From the NCBI GenBank assembly GCA_965197905.1, contig CBDAOB010000005.1:2613161-2677160 (forward strand): a DNA stretch of 64,000 bases, given 5' to 3'. The translations under genes and the position numbers were made by a program. A model generated the notes under the pieces. That model did not search any database, had not been told where the DNA came from, and saw nothing but the letters and a program-made list of their open reading frames with translations. Every line of letters begins with the position of its first letter. Position 1 is the stretch's first letter. Source of the DNA: Candidatus Latescibacterota bacterium (GTDB lineage: Bacteria; Latescibacterota; UBA2968; UBA8231). This document shows, piece by piece, positions 63,778 through 64,000 of this stretch.

Positions 63778-64000
63778 GTCGTTTACACACCATTTGACCC
63801 CAGCTCGTCCCCGAACCCGCCGCAGGCGGGTTGCAGCGGAGGCCCGGCAGGGCCCGAAGCCGGGGACACGATGTTATAGGCCGTGCCCCACACGGCCTCA
63901 GGAATGACCCTTCCGCGCGAGTTACGGAGCCCCTGAATCCGCTCCCGTCGGCTGGAAAAGCTGCTCAGGCACACTGACCGTGATACTACTACAGGAGGTC

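Larger units (their letters stand above)
60289..63806 (+). mobile_element. IS256-family insertion sequence carrying a group II intron (1376 bp without the intron)
   Basis: Imperfect terminal IRs: left GAGCTATAATCAAAAGGTGTGGAAA (from 60289), right rev-comp GAGCTGGGGTCAAATGGTGTGTAAA (to 63806). Encloses a Mutator/IS256 transposase. No target duplication. Confidence 0.9.

Noticed and set aside
63783..63974. 63 aa minus-strand ORF as the missing fibre N-terminus or a transposase remnant
   Set aside because: No signal peptide, repeats or convincing motif; too short to call.

Overview
64 kb of roughly 60% GC bacterial chromosome, probably an uncultured FCB-group organism resembling Ca. Latescibacterota. 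This is inferred from the FlgD-Ig/T9SS-type C-terminal tails and the 'DFDDFFxFAxxFG' dockerin/EF-hand modules. The left 37 kb is mostly housekeeping and envelope genes: a PglB/STT3 oligosaccharyltransferase, SDR, a triple DUF5069-like protein, mutM, clpP, an ArnT-like GT, an MFP with two RND pumps, a membrane/Zn-finger/rhodanese fusion, SirC/Met8, an M28 peptidase, IHF/HU, a DGGGP-synthase-like UbiA, hisS, FAH, mqnD/mqnB, HD-GYP, an epimerase-like gene, GT4, ppk1, an acidic orphan, a UVR-motif protein, dapB/dapA and a short purH. From 37.5 to 60.3 kb lies a co-oriented four-gene cluster for a putative giant surface apparatus. It encodes a trimeric S74-chaperone fibre, two paralogous ~2,850 and ~3,470 aa secreted proteins that share a collinear 16-repeat FN3-like stalk plus dockerin, cohesin-like and CTD modules but carry different heads, and a beta-propeller/dockerin partner. 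The fibre gene is cut by an IS256 element (60289-63806), and the IS256 transposase is itself interrupted, at its first catalytic-Asp motif, by a group II intron (60919-63060). Nine single-base frameshifts, mostly at homopolymers, split ORFs and are probably assembly errors. No rRNA, tRNA or CRISPR array was seen.
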